The position numbers and the translations under genes are program-made. From an uncultured Dehalococcoidales bacterium (GTDB lineage Bacteria > Chloroflexota > Dehalococcoidia > Dehalococcoidales > DAOVUZ01), in assembly GCA_964616615.1 (NCBI GenBank), contig CAZTRJ010000003.1, positions 1 through 46,866 on the forward strand: a stretch of 46,866 nt of DNA, given 5' to 3'. The notes below the pieces were generated by a model. That model saw only the letters and a list, made by a program, of their open reading frames with translations. It ran no database searches and had not been told where the DNA came from. Below, in pieces: positions 8,623-17,380 of the stretch (position 1 is the stretch's first letter; each line of letters opens with the position of its first letter).

Positions 8623-9756
8623 ATGTTGGACGACAAGCTAAAGGTTTTTGGCACCAGGGTGGCTGCTATCGTCACTGGAAAAGACCTTGCCCGTGGAGAG
8701 GCGAAGGACATGTTTCGCCAGGTGCTCTTAAACGAGCAGCCAGATTTGCAGCAAGGGGCTTTCCTGATAGCACTCACCGCCAAGGGGGAGACGGCTGAGG
8801 AAATTGCCGGCGCCTGGGAGGCTATCTATGAGCTTGATACCGAAAAGGTTTCACCGATAGTGCCCGGACCTCTGGTTGAAAACTGCGGCACCGGTATGGA
8901 TTCGTTCAAGACTTTTAATATCAGCACCGCCGCTGCCATTGTTGCCGCTGCTGGCGGCGTTTACCTGGCCAAGCACGGCGCCAGAGCGCTTACCTCTACC
9001 TGCGGCGCCATTGACATCCTGGAAGCGGTAGGGGTTGATGTTGAGTGTGACCTTGACATTGTTAAGCAGAGCATTGAAAAGGTGGGAATTGGTATCTTCA
9101 ATGGCATGAGTCCTAAAGTCCATCCCCAGGCGCTGTTCCGTATCCTGTCCCAGATTCACTTTGGCACCACCCTGAATATCGCCGGTTCCCTGGCTAATCC
9201 AGCTCTACCCCGCTACGGGGTAAGAGGTGTATACTCCCAAGACCTGGTCGAGCCAGTGGCTCAAGCAATGAGGGAAATCGGCTATATAAAAGCCCTGGTG
9301 GTTCACGGTGGCAACGGGGATGGAATAAAGGGTATGGATGAAATCTCAACCTTGGGGGAGACGGTTATCGCTGAACTGACTGAGAGCGGGGAGATTACAA
9401 CCTACACTATCAGGCCGGAAGACTTCAGTATTCAACGCTCCAGCGGGCATGCCATTCATCCCTTCGCCGACCGGAAGAAGGAAGCATTAGAATTCCTGAG
9501 AATATTAACCGGTTACGACCGCGGCTCAAGGCACGAAATTACCTGCCTTAATGCTGCTCCCATTTTTTACCTGATGGGACAGGCTAAAGGTCTCAGGGAA
9601 GGCTTCATCCTGGCACAAGAGATAATCCAATCAGGTCGGGCTATCACCAAGCTGAGGGAATGGGTAATGGCTCAAAATTCCGACCCCGAGGGTGGACTGA
9701 GGAAACTGGACTGCCTTCTGGAAGAAATCGACGCAGTGAGGAGGCGAGAAGCGTAG
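8623..9756 (+). CDS. glycosyltransferase family 3 protein (anthranilate phosphoribosyltransferase TrpD paralog)
   Basis: TrpD-like core TFNISTAAAIVAAAGGVYLAKHGARALTSTCGAIDILEAVG and NIAGSLANP. The canonical GTGGDG PRPP loop reads GTGMDS. No other trp genes are nearby. Confidence 0.7.
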   Translation: MLDDKLKVFGTRVAAIVTGKDLARGEAKDMFRQVLLNEQPDLQQGAFLIALTAKGETAEEIAGAWEAIYELDTEKVSPIVPGPLVENCGTGMDSFKTFNISTAAAIVAAAGGVYLAKHGARALTSTCGAIDILEAVGVDVECDLDIVKQSIEKVGIGIFNGMSPKVHPQALFRILSQIHFGTTLNIAGSLANPALPRYGVRGVYSQDLVEPVAQAMREIGYIKALVVHGGNGDGIKGMDEISTLGETVIAELTESGEITTYTIRPEDFSIQRSSGHAIHPFADRKKEALEFLRILTGYDRGSRHEITCLNAAPIFYLMGQAKGLREGFILAQEIIQSGRAITKLREWVMAQNSDPEGGLRKLDCLLEEIDAVRRREA

Positions 9757-9836
9757 AGATGTAGGGCTATTGTCTGATATAATAGAAAACTGGACAGTGA
9801 TACTTGAACAATACAAGACTATAAAGGAGGAAGAGG

Positions 9837-10901
9837 ATGTCAGAACTTCTGTCCAATACAATCGGAATGATAAAACCTCTGGATAAAGAGGTAATGGCTC
9901 AGGCTCAAGCCCGGCAGGACATGCTGACCAAACCGCAAGGCAGCCTGGGCAGGCTGGAAGAACTATCTATCCAACTGGCTGGTATTCAAGGTAAGCCTCT
10001 ACCTCAAATCAGGCACAAAGCCATTATTACTATGGCTGGTGACCATGGGGTGGTGGCAGAGAAGGTCGGTAACTGGCCGCAGGAGGTTACCGCCCAGATG
10101 GTTTATAATTTCCTCGGTGGTGGAGCCGGGATAAATGTGATTTCCCACCAGGTTGGCACCAGAATTATTGTGGTTGATATGGGGGTGGCATCCGAGCTGG
10201 CACCCGACCCTCATCTGTTATCCAGAAAGGTTGCCCCTGGCACCCGGAATATAGCTACTGGTGCGGCGATGACTGAGGAGCAGGCGGTAACGGCGATAGA
10301 GACTGGAATTGAAATAGTAAAAGACGAGGTGGCTAAGGGTCTGGATATAGTCGGCACTGGCGATATGGGCATCGGTAATACTACCCCCAGTGCCGCTATC
10401 TGTGCCGTCATCACGGGAAAACCAGTGGCCGCGGTGACTGGTAGAGGCACTGGCATAACTGATGAACAGTTGACGCATAAGGTAGAAGTAATAACCAGGG
10501 CTCTGGCGGTAAATCACCCTGACCCCAAACAGCCTTTAACCGTGCTCGCCAAGATAGGTGGCTTTGAGATTGGCGGCTTAGCCGGAGTGATGCTGGGAGC
10601 GGGGGCTCACCGCATTCCGGTAGTTATTGATGGCTTTATATCAGGAGCCGCCGCTCTCATTGCCACTGCGCTAGCACCAGGGTTAAAGGACTACCTCATT
10701 GCCGCCCACCTTTCGGCGGAGTCAGGTCATCGGTTACTACTGGAACATCTTGGGCTCAAGCCCTTGCTCAGTCTGGACATGCGCCTGGGTGAGGGCACCG
10801 GCGCCGCCCTGGGAATATTTCTGGCTGAGACTTCAGCCCGGCTGCTGGCTGAGATGTCCACCTTTGCTGAGGCTGAGGTATCAGAGAAGGAAGAGCAGTA
10901 A
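9837..10901 (+). CDS. cobT: nicotinate-nucleotide:dimethylbenzimidazole phosphoribosyltransferase
   Basis: Family motifs LTKPQGSLGRLEEL, GDMGIGNTT, LGEGTGA. Confidence 0.9.
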   Translation: MSELLSNTIGMIKPLDKEVMAQAQARQDMLTKPQGSLGRLEELSIQLAGIQGKPLPQIRHKAIITMAGDHGVVAEKVGNWPQEVTAQMVYNFLGGGAGINVISHQVGTRIIVVDMGVASELAPDPHLLSRKVAPGTRNIATGAAMTEEQAVTAIETGIEIVKDEVAKGLDIVGTGDMGIGNTTPSAAICAVITGKPVAAVTGRGTGITDEQLTHKVEVITRALAVNHPDPKQPLTVLAKIGGFEIGGLAGVMLGAGAHRIPVVIDGFISGAAALIATALAPGLKDYLIAAHLSAESGHRLLLEHLGLKPLLSLDMRLGEGTGAALGIFLAETSARLLAEMSTFAEAEVSEKEEQ

Positions 10902-10903
10902 AG

Positions 10904-11683
10904 TTGGCGTTACTGGCCGCAATTCGGTTTCTAACCAGTATACCATTGCCCTGGGGGCGTGACGCTAGTCAGGAGGAATTTGTCCGCTCCGTGGGTTATT
11001 ACCCCGTGGTCGGCTTGGTTATTGGTCTAATTCTAGCCGGGCTCAGTTGGCTTTTGAGGCTTATTTTACCTTCGGCGGTAGTTAATGTGGTGCTGATTGT
11101 TTATCTAGTGATAATTAGTGGCGCATTGCACCTAGATGGCTTCGTTGATACCTGTGACGGGATAGGTGGTCACAAGACTCCTGAAGAAAGATGGCAGGTA
11201 ATGCGTGACAGTCGGGTTGGCGGTTTTGGTGTTATTGGCGCCTGCTGCCTAATCCTGGCTAAATATATCTCACTGAATAGTGTGCCCGAGCCTTTACTAA
11301 TGTCGACTCTGGTGCTTATGCCGGTAATAAGTCGCTGGGCAATGGTCTATGCTATTTGTGCCTATCCTTCGGCCAGCCCATCAGGTTTAGGGAAGGAGCG
11401 TAAGCAGGCTTCTGACTGGACAAGGTTTACCATGGCTACATTCATAACCCTGACAATAGCTATCGGTCTGGCTTGGCTGGCAAACATAAACTACTTCTAT
11501 CTGGTAGAACCTGCTATAATAGTTAGCATCTGGGTCATAGTGATAATCATGGGAGCCTATTTCAAGCGTAAGTTTTCTGGTCTTACTGGTGACACCTACG
11601 GGGCTATAAATGAGGTAGCCGAGGTCTGCGTCCTAATTATTGTAGTCCTGCTGGCTCACAACCAGTGGTTGGGATTAACCTAG
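10904..11683 (+). CDS. cobS: adenosylcobinamide-GDP ribazoletransferase (cobalamin synthase)
   Basis: Membrane protein with FLTSIPLP and HLDGFVDTCDG motifs. TTG start 2 nt after the cobT stop. Confidence 0.85.
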   Translation: MALLAAIRFLTSIPLPWGRDASQEEFVRSVGYYPVVGLVIGLILAGLSWLLRLILPSAVVNVVLIVYLVIISGALHLDGFVDTCDGIGGHKTPEERWQVMRDSRVGGFGVIGACCLILAKYISLNSVPEPLLMSTLVLMPVISRWAMVYAICAYPSASPSGLGKERKQASDWTRFTMATFITLTIAIGLAWLANINYFYLVEPAIIVSIWVIVIIMGAYFKRKFSGLTGDTYGAINEVAEVCVLIIVVLLAHNQWLGLT

Positions 11684-11696
11684 TTCGGAGGTATAA

Positions 11697-12302
11697 TTGT
11701 CTAGACTATTTCTGGTAAGACACGGTGATACCGAAGCAGGCAGTGGTCTAAGGTACTGGGGGCAGAGTGATGTTAAGCTGAGCGCCCTCGGACTCAGGCA
11801 GGCTGAGAGCTTGCGCCACCGACTGGCAACACAGAAGATTGATGCTATCTATACCAGTAACCTGATGCGGGCTTCAGTAACGGCTAAGACCATTGCCTCC
11901 GAGCACCAGCTGGATGTTACCACCTGTGCCGAGCTGAACGAAGTTAACTTCGGCAAGGTTGAGGGGCTGACATTTGACGAGGTTAGCCAGCTTTACCCCG
12001 AGGTAGCTCAAACCTGGGCTAGCCGGAGCCTCAGTCTTTCGTTTCCCGATGGCGAAAACTTTGATAGGTTTAATAACCGGGTAAGTAAATTCTTAAGCCG
12101 ACTGGAGAAACATACTCCGGAGGAAGCGATACTTATTGTGGCTCACGCCGGACCGCTGCGACTGCTGTTATGCCATATTCTAGGCCTGGAGTTATGTCAC
12201 TGGCGGCAGTTTCGTCTTGATTTAGCTTCGCTCAGTATAGTGGAAACCCATTCCCAGGGAGCAATAGTGAGCCTATTAAACGATGTTTCCCATTTAACAT
12301 AG
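11697..12302 (+). CDS. cobC: alpha-ribazole phosphatase (histidine phosphatase family)
   Basis: LVRHGDT catalytic motif, VAHAGPLR second His motif, position after cobS. Confidence 0.8.
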   Translation: MSRLFLVRHGDTEAGSGLRYWGQSDVKLSALGLRQAESLRHRLATQKIDAIYTSNLMRASVTAKTIASEHQLDVTTCAELNEVNFGKVEGLTFDEVSQLYPEVAQTWASRSLSLSFPDGENFDRFNNRVSKFLSRLEKHTPEEAILIVAHAGPLRLLLCHILGLELCHWRQFRLDLASLSIVETHSQGAIVSLLNDVSHLT

Positions 12303-12327
12303 AAAGGTCAATACTATAGGGAGTAAG

Positions 12328-13014
12328 GTGAGTAATATGAATCAGGTTTTTACCTCGTGGAGCGGGGGCAAAGATAGCTGCTTTGCCTGTTACCGAGCAA
12401 CTATCAACGGTCTAAAAGTTCGCTACCTGGCAAATATGATAACTGATGACGGTAAGCGGTCATGGAGCCACGGACAATCTCCCGAATTACTACAGGTGCA
12501 GTCACAGGCTATAGGAATTCCACTGGTTCAGCATCGGGCTACCAGAGACAACTATGAAGCCGAGTTTAAAAATATGCTCCGCGCCTTCAAGCAGGAGGGG
12601 GTTGACGGGGGTGTCTTTGGCGATATTGACTTTAATGAACACCGAGAATGGATTGAAAGAGTATGCCAGGCAGTAGATATTACCCCCCATTTACCCTTAT
12701 GGGGAGAGAACCAGGAAAAAATACTGAGAGACTTCATAAATTTGGGGTTTGAGACAATTATAGTTGTGACCAAGTCAGACCTGCTTGGTGAAGAGTGGCT
12801 GGGGCGGAAGGTTGACCTGGATTTCTTAAAACATTTAGATGAACTAAGAGAAACAAAGAACATTACTCCCTGCGGTGAATCCGGGGAGTATCATACCTTT
12901 GTTACCGATGGTCCTCTATTTAAGCAGCGGATAGAAATCCTGGAAACGAGAAAGGTTTTTAGAGACGAACACTGGTTTCTAGAGATTTTGGACACTGATT
13001 TGAGAGCCAAGTGA
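12328..13014 (+). CDS. PP-loop ATP pyrophosphatase, Dph6/MJ0570 (diphthine-ammonia ligase-like) family
   Basis: N-terminal SWSGGKDS PP-loop and about 225 aa length typical of the MJ0570-type domain. The start could be ATG 12337. Confidence 0.6.
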   Translation: MSNMNQVFTSWSGGKDSCFACYRATINGLKVRYLANMITDDGKRSWSHGQSPELLQVQSQAIGIPLVQHRATRDNYEAEFKNMLRAFKQEGVDGGVFGDIDFNEHREWIERVCQAVDITPHLPLWGENQEKILRDFINLGFETIIVVTKSDLLGEEWLGRKVDLDFLKHLDELRETKNITPCGESGEYHTFVTDGPLFKQRIEILETRKVFRDEHWFLEILDTDLRAK

Positions 13015-13043
13015 AGAAGGAAAGCTTGAAGGGGGTGAGGTAG

Positions 13044-13607
13044 ATAAACACTCTAATAATTGGTGGCGCCCGCAGTGGCAAAAGCCATTTTGCCCAGGAG
13101 CTTGCCCTGAAGTCAGGACAATCAGTGCTTTTTGTAGCTACCGCTGAGGCTGGTGATGAAGAAATGCGACAACGCATCGAGCAACACCAGAAGTCAAGAC
13201 CAGCAGCTTGGAGCACCCTTGAAGCTACCACACATATAGGCAGCCAGATTCCCCAGAGACTCGGTGGGGCTAAGGTGGTAATTATAGATTGTATCACCCT
13301 TCTGGTGAATAATACTTTTGGTCAGTATAGCCACCAGAGCGGTGAGCAAATTGATGCCCCCCTTATTGAGGAAAACCTTACTGCTGAGATTAATGAGCTG
13401 GTAGAGTGTATTGACCAGGTTGATGCCAGCTTCATTATCGTTACCAACGAGGTTGGTCTGGGCTTGGTGCCGGCTAATACAGTGGGCAGGCTTTATCGCG
13501 ATTTACTGGGCAGGGCAAACCAAGCCCTGGCACAGCGGGCTGACGAGATTTACCTCATGGTTGCTGGCTTACCGGTGTTGATAAAACCAGCCCAGTATAA
13601 TCTCTAA
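13044..13607 (+). CDS. cobU: adenosylcobinamide kinase / adenosylcobinamide-phosphate guanylyltransferase
   Basis: P-loop IIGGARSGKS is encoded at 13056-13085. This is upstream of the first canonical start (GTG 13125) and downstream of the in-frame TAG at 13041. VTNEVGLGLVP motif. The start is provisionally ATA 13044, behind SD GGGGGTGAGG. Confidence 0.7.
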   Translation: MNTLIIGGARSGKSHFAQELALKSGQSVLFVATAEAGDEEMRQRIEQHQKSRPAAWSTLEATTHIGSQIPQRLGGAKVVIIDCITLLVNNTFGQYSHQSGEQIDAPLIEENLTAEINELVECIDQVDASFIIVTNEVGLGLVPANTVGRLYRDLLGRANQALAQRADEIYLMVAGLPVLIKPAQYNL

Positions 13608-13656
13608 CCTCTTTCAAACAACAGGGCAAAGTCCCACCGGAACATGAATATTTCCG

Positions 13657-13673
13657 ATAGGGCTTCGCCCTAT
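13657..13673. terminator. short hairpin between convergent cobU and a methyltransferase gene
   Basis: ATAGGGC-TTC-GCCCTAT, a 7-bp stem. The flanking U/A tracts are weak. Confidence 0.25.
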
Positions 13674-13696
13674 AAGTAGCATAGTTTTGATTAACT

Positions 13697-14701
13697 TTAA
13701 TGATGCTTGGCGACATCCACCATAGCCAGAAGGTTTTCCTCTGGTGTGCCCGGGGCTATAGCGCAGCCCGGAGCCAACATCTGGATACCCAGCCCTATAG
13801 ACTTTTCGGCTTCCGCTCTTACCGTTTCTGCATTTTGCATAAACAGTGTATTCTTCACATCCACCCCGCCCATAAGTATCATATCCGGTCCACATTTTTC
13901 CCTGGCTAACTTGACATCAGCATCAGGTTCTATGCTCAAGATGTCAGCACCGGTCTGCCCCATCCACTCTACAATGGCATCCACCTTACCGCAGATATGA
14001 AGTATCTTGGGAACTCTTATGGCGGCGAACTGCTTTTTCTGGTATCCAAGCTCCAAGTCCCGGTAACTCTTGGGTATTATGAGGTCGGGAGAAGCAGTCA
14101 TATCCTCATTGACAATGATGTCGGCGCCGGCATCAATAAGGGCGTTGGCCAGCATGGTTCCCGCCTTTTCGCTTACTTCCAAGAAGGGGGGAATCTTCTC
14201 CGGTTGCTTAAAGCTGGCTTTCAGTATTACTGTCGTGTCTAAGAGAGAACCAGCAATGGTCCAGGGACCGATAATCCCGGCGACAATAGCTACCTCATCC
14301 CCCACTTCCTTCTTGAGGATTTTAACCGCCTTGAGCAGTTCCGGTATCCTACCTCGTGACAGAAAGTCATCGGGAAACACCGGGGTATCATCCAGTGTAT
14401 AGGCGGTTGGTGGATGGTCAATACCAGGGATACCCTTGGTTTTGCCGGACTTTACCTTACAACCAAGAGCCTCAGCCTCAAAGGTCTGGCAGAATGGCAC
14501 CCTTACCGCATCAAAGCCGAGAATAGTATAGGCCCCCAGCGCCTGTTTAGCCATCAGTTCCCCATTTTCATGCGCTTCAGGCCAAAAGGCCTGAACCTTT
14601 TCCATCTGTTCGTAGGTTACGGTGGAGTTGGCACCAAAGCAGGGCATCCTATCCGGCTTTTGATGGTTCAGTACTGCCATTATACGTTCTTTACCTGTCA
14701 T
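13697..14701 (-). CDS. URO-D/MtaA-CmuA family corrinoid methyltransferase
   Basis: N-terminus ERIMAVLNHQKPDRMPCF, ILHICGK motif, C-terminal LAPGCAIAPGTPEENLLAMV typical of the uroporphyrinogen-decarboxylase-fold methylcobamide methyltransferases. Confidence 0.8.
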   Translation of the reverse strand: MTGKERIMAVLNHQKPDRMPCFGANSTVTYEQMEKVQAFWPEAHENGELMAKQALGAYTILGFDAVRVPFCQTFEAEALGCKVKSGKTKGIPGIDHPPTAYTLDDTPVFPDDFLSRGRIPELLKAVKILKKEVGDEVAIVAGIIGPWTIAGSLLDTTVILKASFKQPEKIPPFLEVSEKAGTMLANALIDAGADIIVNEDMTASPDLIIPKSYRDLELGYQKKQFAAIRVPKILHICGKVDAIVEWMGQTGADILSIEPDADVKLAREKCGPDMILMGGVDVKNTLFMQNAETVRAEAEKSIGLGIQMLAPGCAIAPGTPEENLLAMVDVAKHH

Positions 14702-14860
14702 TTTAGTCCTCCTTCCTTACTATTAAATATTTACAAACTCTGGCTCTGACTATAATACAATTTTCACCCCCTTCCCCAGTGAACAGTTACCGCTCTCTCG
14801 TTGGCTTGGGAAGGATATAAACACCGGAGATATCACTTCCCGCCTTGAGCCTACTGCTGG

Positions 14861-15442
14861 CTAAAATTCAATTCCTGGCTGTGCCCTAATGCCCTGGTGA
14901 AAGGGATGCTTCACCTCCCGCATCTCAGTCACCAGGTCGGCAAAATCAATGCACTCTTGGGGAATATCCCGCCCGGTAACGATTACATGGATTTCCTTGG
15001 GACGATGCCTTAACACCTCAAGCACTTCCTCCGCAGATAGCCAACCGTATTTAAGGGGATAGCTGAGTTCATCTAGAATCACTATATCATAAGACCCGGA
15101 GTTAATTCTCTCTCTGGCCAAGTCCCATAGCTTGATGGCTTGACACTTGCCTTCCGGGACAGATTTGTCAAAAGGAGGCACATCGGCTCGGAATATCTCA
15201 ACTCCCATCTGCTGTGCTGCCCGGTGCTCACCCCAGTCGCTCCTCGAAGTCTTTATGAACTGGAACATGACCACCTTCATCTGCCGACCCCAGGCTCTGA
15301 GGAGCACGCCCAGAGCTGCTGTTGTCTTACCCTTCCCTCTGCCGGTATTGACAATTACCAGGCCAGTAGTCTCTCTTGTACCTTTGGCATCACCCACCTT
15401 AGCCTCCTTGCCCTGATGATGTGCACCGAGGTCAGTCGACAA
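14861..15442 (-). CDS. cobO: cob(I)yrinic acid a,c-diamide / cob(I)alamin adenosyltransferase (CobA/CobO/BtuR type)
   Basis: NTGRGKGKTTAALG P-loop, QFIK, ILDELSYPLKYGWL, VTGR motifs. Confidence 0.8.
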   Translation of the reverse strand: MSTDLGAHHQGKEAKVGDAKGTRETTGLVIVNTGRGKGKTTAALGVLLRAWGRQMKVVMFQFIKTSRSDWGEHRAAQQMGVEIFRADVPPFDKSVPEGKCQAIKLWDLARERINSGSYDIVILDELSYPLKYGWLSAEEVLEVLRHRPKEIHVIVTGRDIPQECIDFADLVTEMREVKHPFHQGIRAQPGIEF

Positions 15443-16061
15443 GGACCATGCCTACCCAGCTCCTGCCTTCATCCTGACCGAAGCTCAGGAAAAGCCCCGC
15501 CTTTTGAACAGTAGCCACCACATCTATGCCCATAGCCTCCATTGCTGGTCTTGCTTTGAGAGGGTGACGACAAGGTAATCCAGAGCTGATGCCAACGCAT
15601 TCCTCACATAAGCAGCAAGTACCCCCTAGAAGGCCAGCGGCGAAACGGTATCCTGCGGCAAAACAGAGAGCTTCTATGCGGTTAACTACCCCGTGAAGCT
15701 TCTTCTGGGCATCGTCGATGATGGTCATCTCCTCCGGCGTTGGTGCTCCCGGCGTCTCTTCCCTTTCCTCTCCACTGTCCCTGGACAGACCAGGCAATGG
15801 AATAACCATCTTTATCAGAATAGCGCTGTGATAGCAGCTAAGTATCTCCCTGAATTTCGATATCGGCGGCAGGTTAGGGGGGCACATTAGGTTGCCATAG
15901 TCGGGGCAGACGGGCACCAGACACTTTAGCCTTGTCCTCTCATCCAGTACTACATCGTCAACTGACAAGGCTACTGCCTGGGATGCTCCCAGGGCTTCTG
16001 CCTTCCGGCACATGGATGCTATGAAAGAGCCAAGATTCCTTTGTGACATATCAAACGCCAT
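15432..16061 (-). CDS. Cys-rich predicted metal-binding protein (DUF2284-like)
   Basis: CLVPVCPDYGNLMCPP and CCLCEEC Cys clusters, as recalled for DUF2284 proteins that accompany corrinoid methyltransferase genes. Overlaps the cobO start by 11 nt. Confidence 0.55.
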   Translation of the reverse strand: MAFDMSQRNLGSFIASMCRKAEALGASQAVALSVDDVVLDERTRLKCLVPVCPDYGNLMCPPNLPPISKFREILSCYHSAILIKMVIPLPGLSRDSGEEREETPGAPTPEEMTIIDDAQKKLHGVVNRIEALCFAAGYRFAAGLLGGTCCLCEECVGISSGLPCRHPLKARPAMEAMGIDVVATVQKAGLFLSFGQDEGRSWVGMVLVD

Positions 16062-16124
16062 ACAAACTCCATATGAATAAAAGTGCTAGCCGCAGCTACA
16101 GTTGTCAGCAAACCTCAGCGACTA

Positions 16125-17192
16125 TCACCCCAGCTTTCCATATTTTATCGTCGCTGCCACCAGCGCCTCCATGTTCTCTTTAGGTGCAGTCGGCCAGAGG
16201 TCACATCCGGGCCATACCGCATTGACCCCCTCGGCGATAGCCTGCTTCACAGCACTGTCAACATTCTCAGGCTTGCCTTCCACCATCACTTTGGAAGTGT
16301 CAATATTCCCAAAGATGAGCACATCAGGTCCCACCTTCTGCCGAGATTCGGCTATATGGTTTTTTTGCTCTACGCTGATGGCATCAGCCCCACAGATTGC
16401 CATCTGGTCAACAATGCCATCGGTATCACCACACATATGCAGAACCTTGGGCGACGGCAGAGCGGCAATGATTCGTTCCAGATGAGGCCGGACTACACTT
16501 CCAAACATACGCGGGCTTAATATGTCTCCTCCGGCTGCCATTTCATGGACAGTTATATAATCGGCGCCGGCTTCTTTATAAATCCTGGCGGTCTCGATTT
16601 CAACCTCATCCAGAATGTCCAGCAACTTACAGACTATATCTGGCTTCTTAAATGCCACCTTAGCCATGTGCCCGGGGTCGGTGACCTGACCGGCTAAGGT
16701 ATAGGATCCTAGAATTATGGCTCCTACTGCTACTTGCTCGCCTACTTCCTCTTTTAACAGGCGAATCGCTTCGGTTACTACAGGTATCCTTCCCGCCTTG
16801 GCTAAATCCGAGGGGACATTGACAGTCACATCCTCTATATGCTCAGCTAGATTCTGTTTTATGGTGGGGTAGATAACACCTTCAAAATGAGGGTAGAAAT
16901 TAACCTCGCAGCCCAAGGCCTCGGGTTCAATCCCGAAGTCAAAAGGAACTGTGGCACACTCAAAACCAAATAACTGGAATGTAGATGCAGCCGCACTCGC
17001 CATCTTGTGCGCATCACTATGAACATCTGTGAATCTACAGCCACATTTATTAAGTCCATCTACTGTTACGTTCCCCAGACCACTGAAAACAGGAATGCGG
17101 TCTATTTTGTCCCCTCTAAAAAGTCTGAGCACTCGTTCCCTGGAACTAAGTTCTGTGTTCATACTGTTCCTTTCCTGCATACCGTATTTCAA
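16125..17192 (-). CDS. URO-D/MtaA-CmuA family corrinoid methyltransferase
   Basis: RERVLRLFRGDKIDRIPVFSGLGN, VLHMCGD, WPGCDLWPTAPKENMEALV. Confidence 0.8.
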   Translation of the reverse strand: MKYGMQERNSMNTELSSRERVLRLFRGDKIDRIPVFSGLGNVTVDGLNKCGCRFTDVHSDAHKMASAAASTFQLFGFECATVPFDFGIEPEALGCEVNFYPHFEGVIYPTIKQNLAEHIEDVTVNVPSDLAKAGRIPVVTEAIRLLKEEVGEQVAVGAIILGSYTLAGQVTDPGHMAKVAFKKPDIVCKLLDILDEVEIETARIYKEAGADYITVHEMAAGGDILSPRMFGSVVRPHLERIIAALPSPKVLHMCGDTDGIVDQMAICGADAISVEQKNHIAESRQKVGPDVLIFGNIDTSKVMVEGKPENVDSAVKQAIAEGVNAVWPGCDLWPTAPKENMEALVAATIKYGKLG

Positions 17193-17380
17193 ACATGCGG
17201 TTCAGCATATTTGAGAGCAATATAGTTAAACCACTGCTGGCAAATTTTACCAGCTATTACCCAAGATTTACATGCTTTATTTTGCTACTGCCGCCAGTGC
17301 CTCTATGTCCTCCGTGGACACAATCATCAGATATTACACCCCGACCATAACGGTAGTGACAGCCTCGACAATAGTCGTCT

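Noticed and set aside
14702-14860. Possible third cobalamin riboswitch upstream of the 14701 methyltransferase (CACTGGGGAAGG, GGTGAAAAT and AGTCAGAGCCAGAG on the - strand)
   Set aside because: The motif-like strings occur in the wrong order for a cobalamin aptamer: the GGTG..AA..CC element should precede CCACTG. No P1 or B12-box pairing could be drawn.
17281-17340. Short - strand peptide VSTEDIEALAAVAK* resembling the C-terminal tail of URO-D paralogs, in the 188-nt gap between two methyltransferase genes
   Set aside because: Only about 14 residues are similar, preceded by a stop codon. This is too short to separate from chance.
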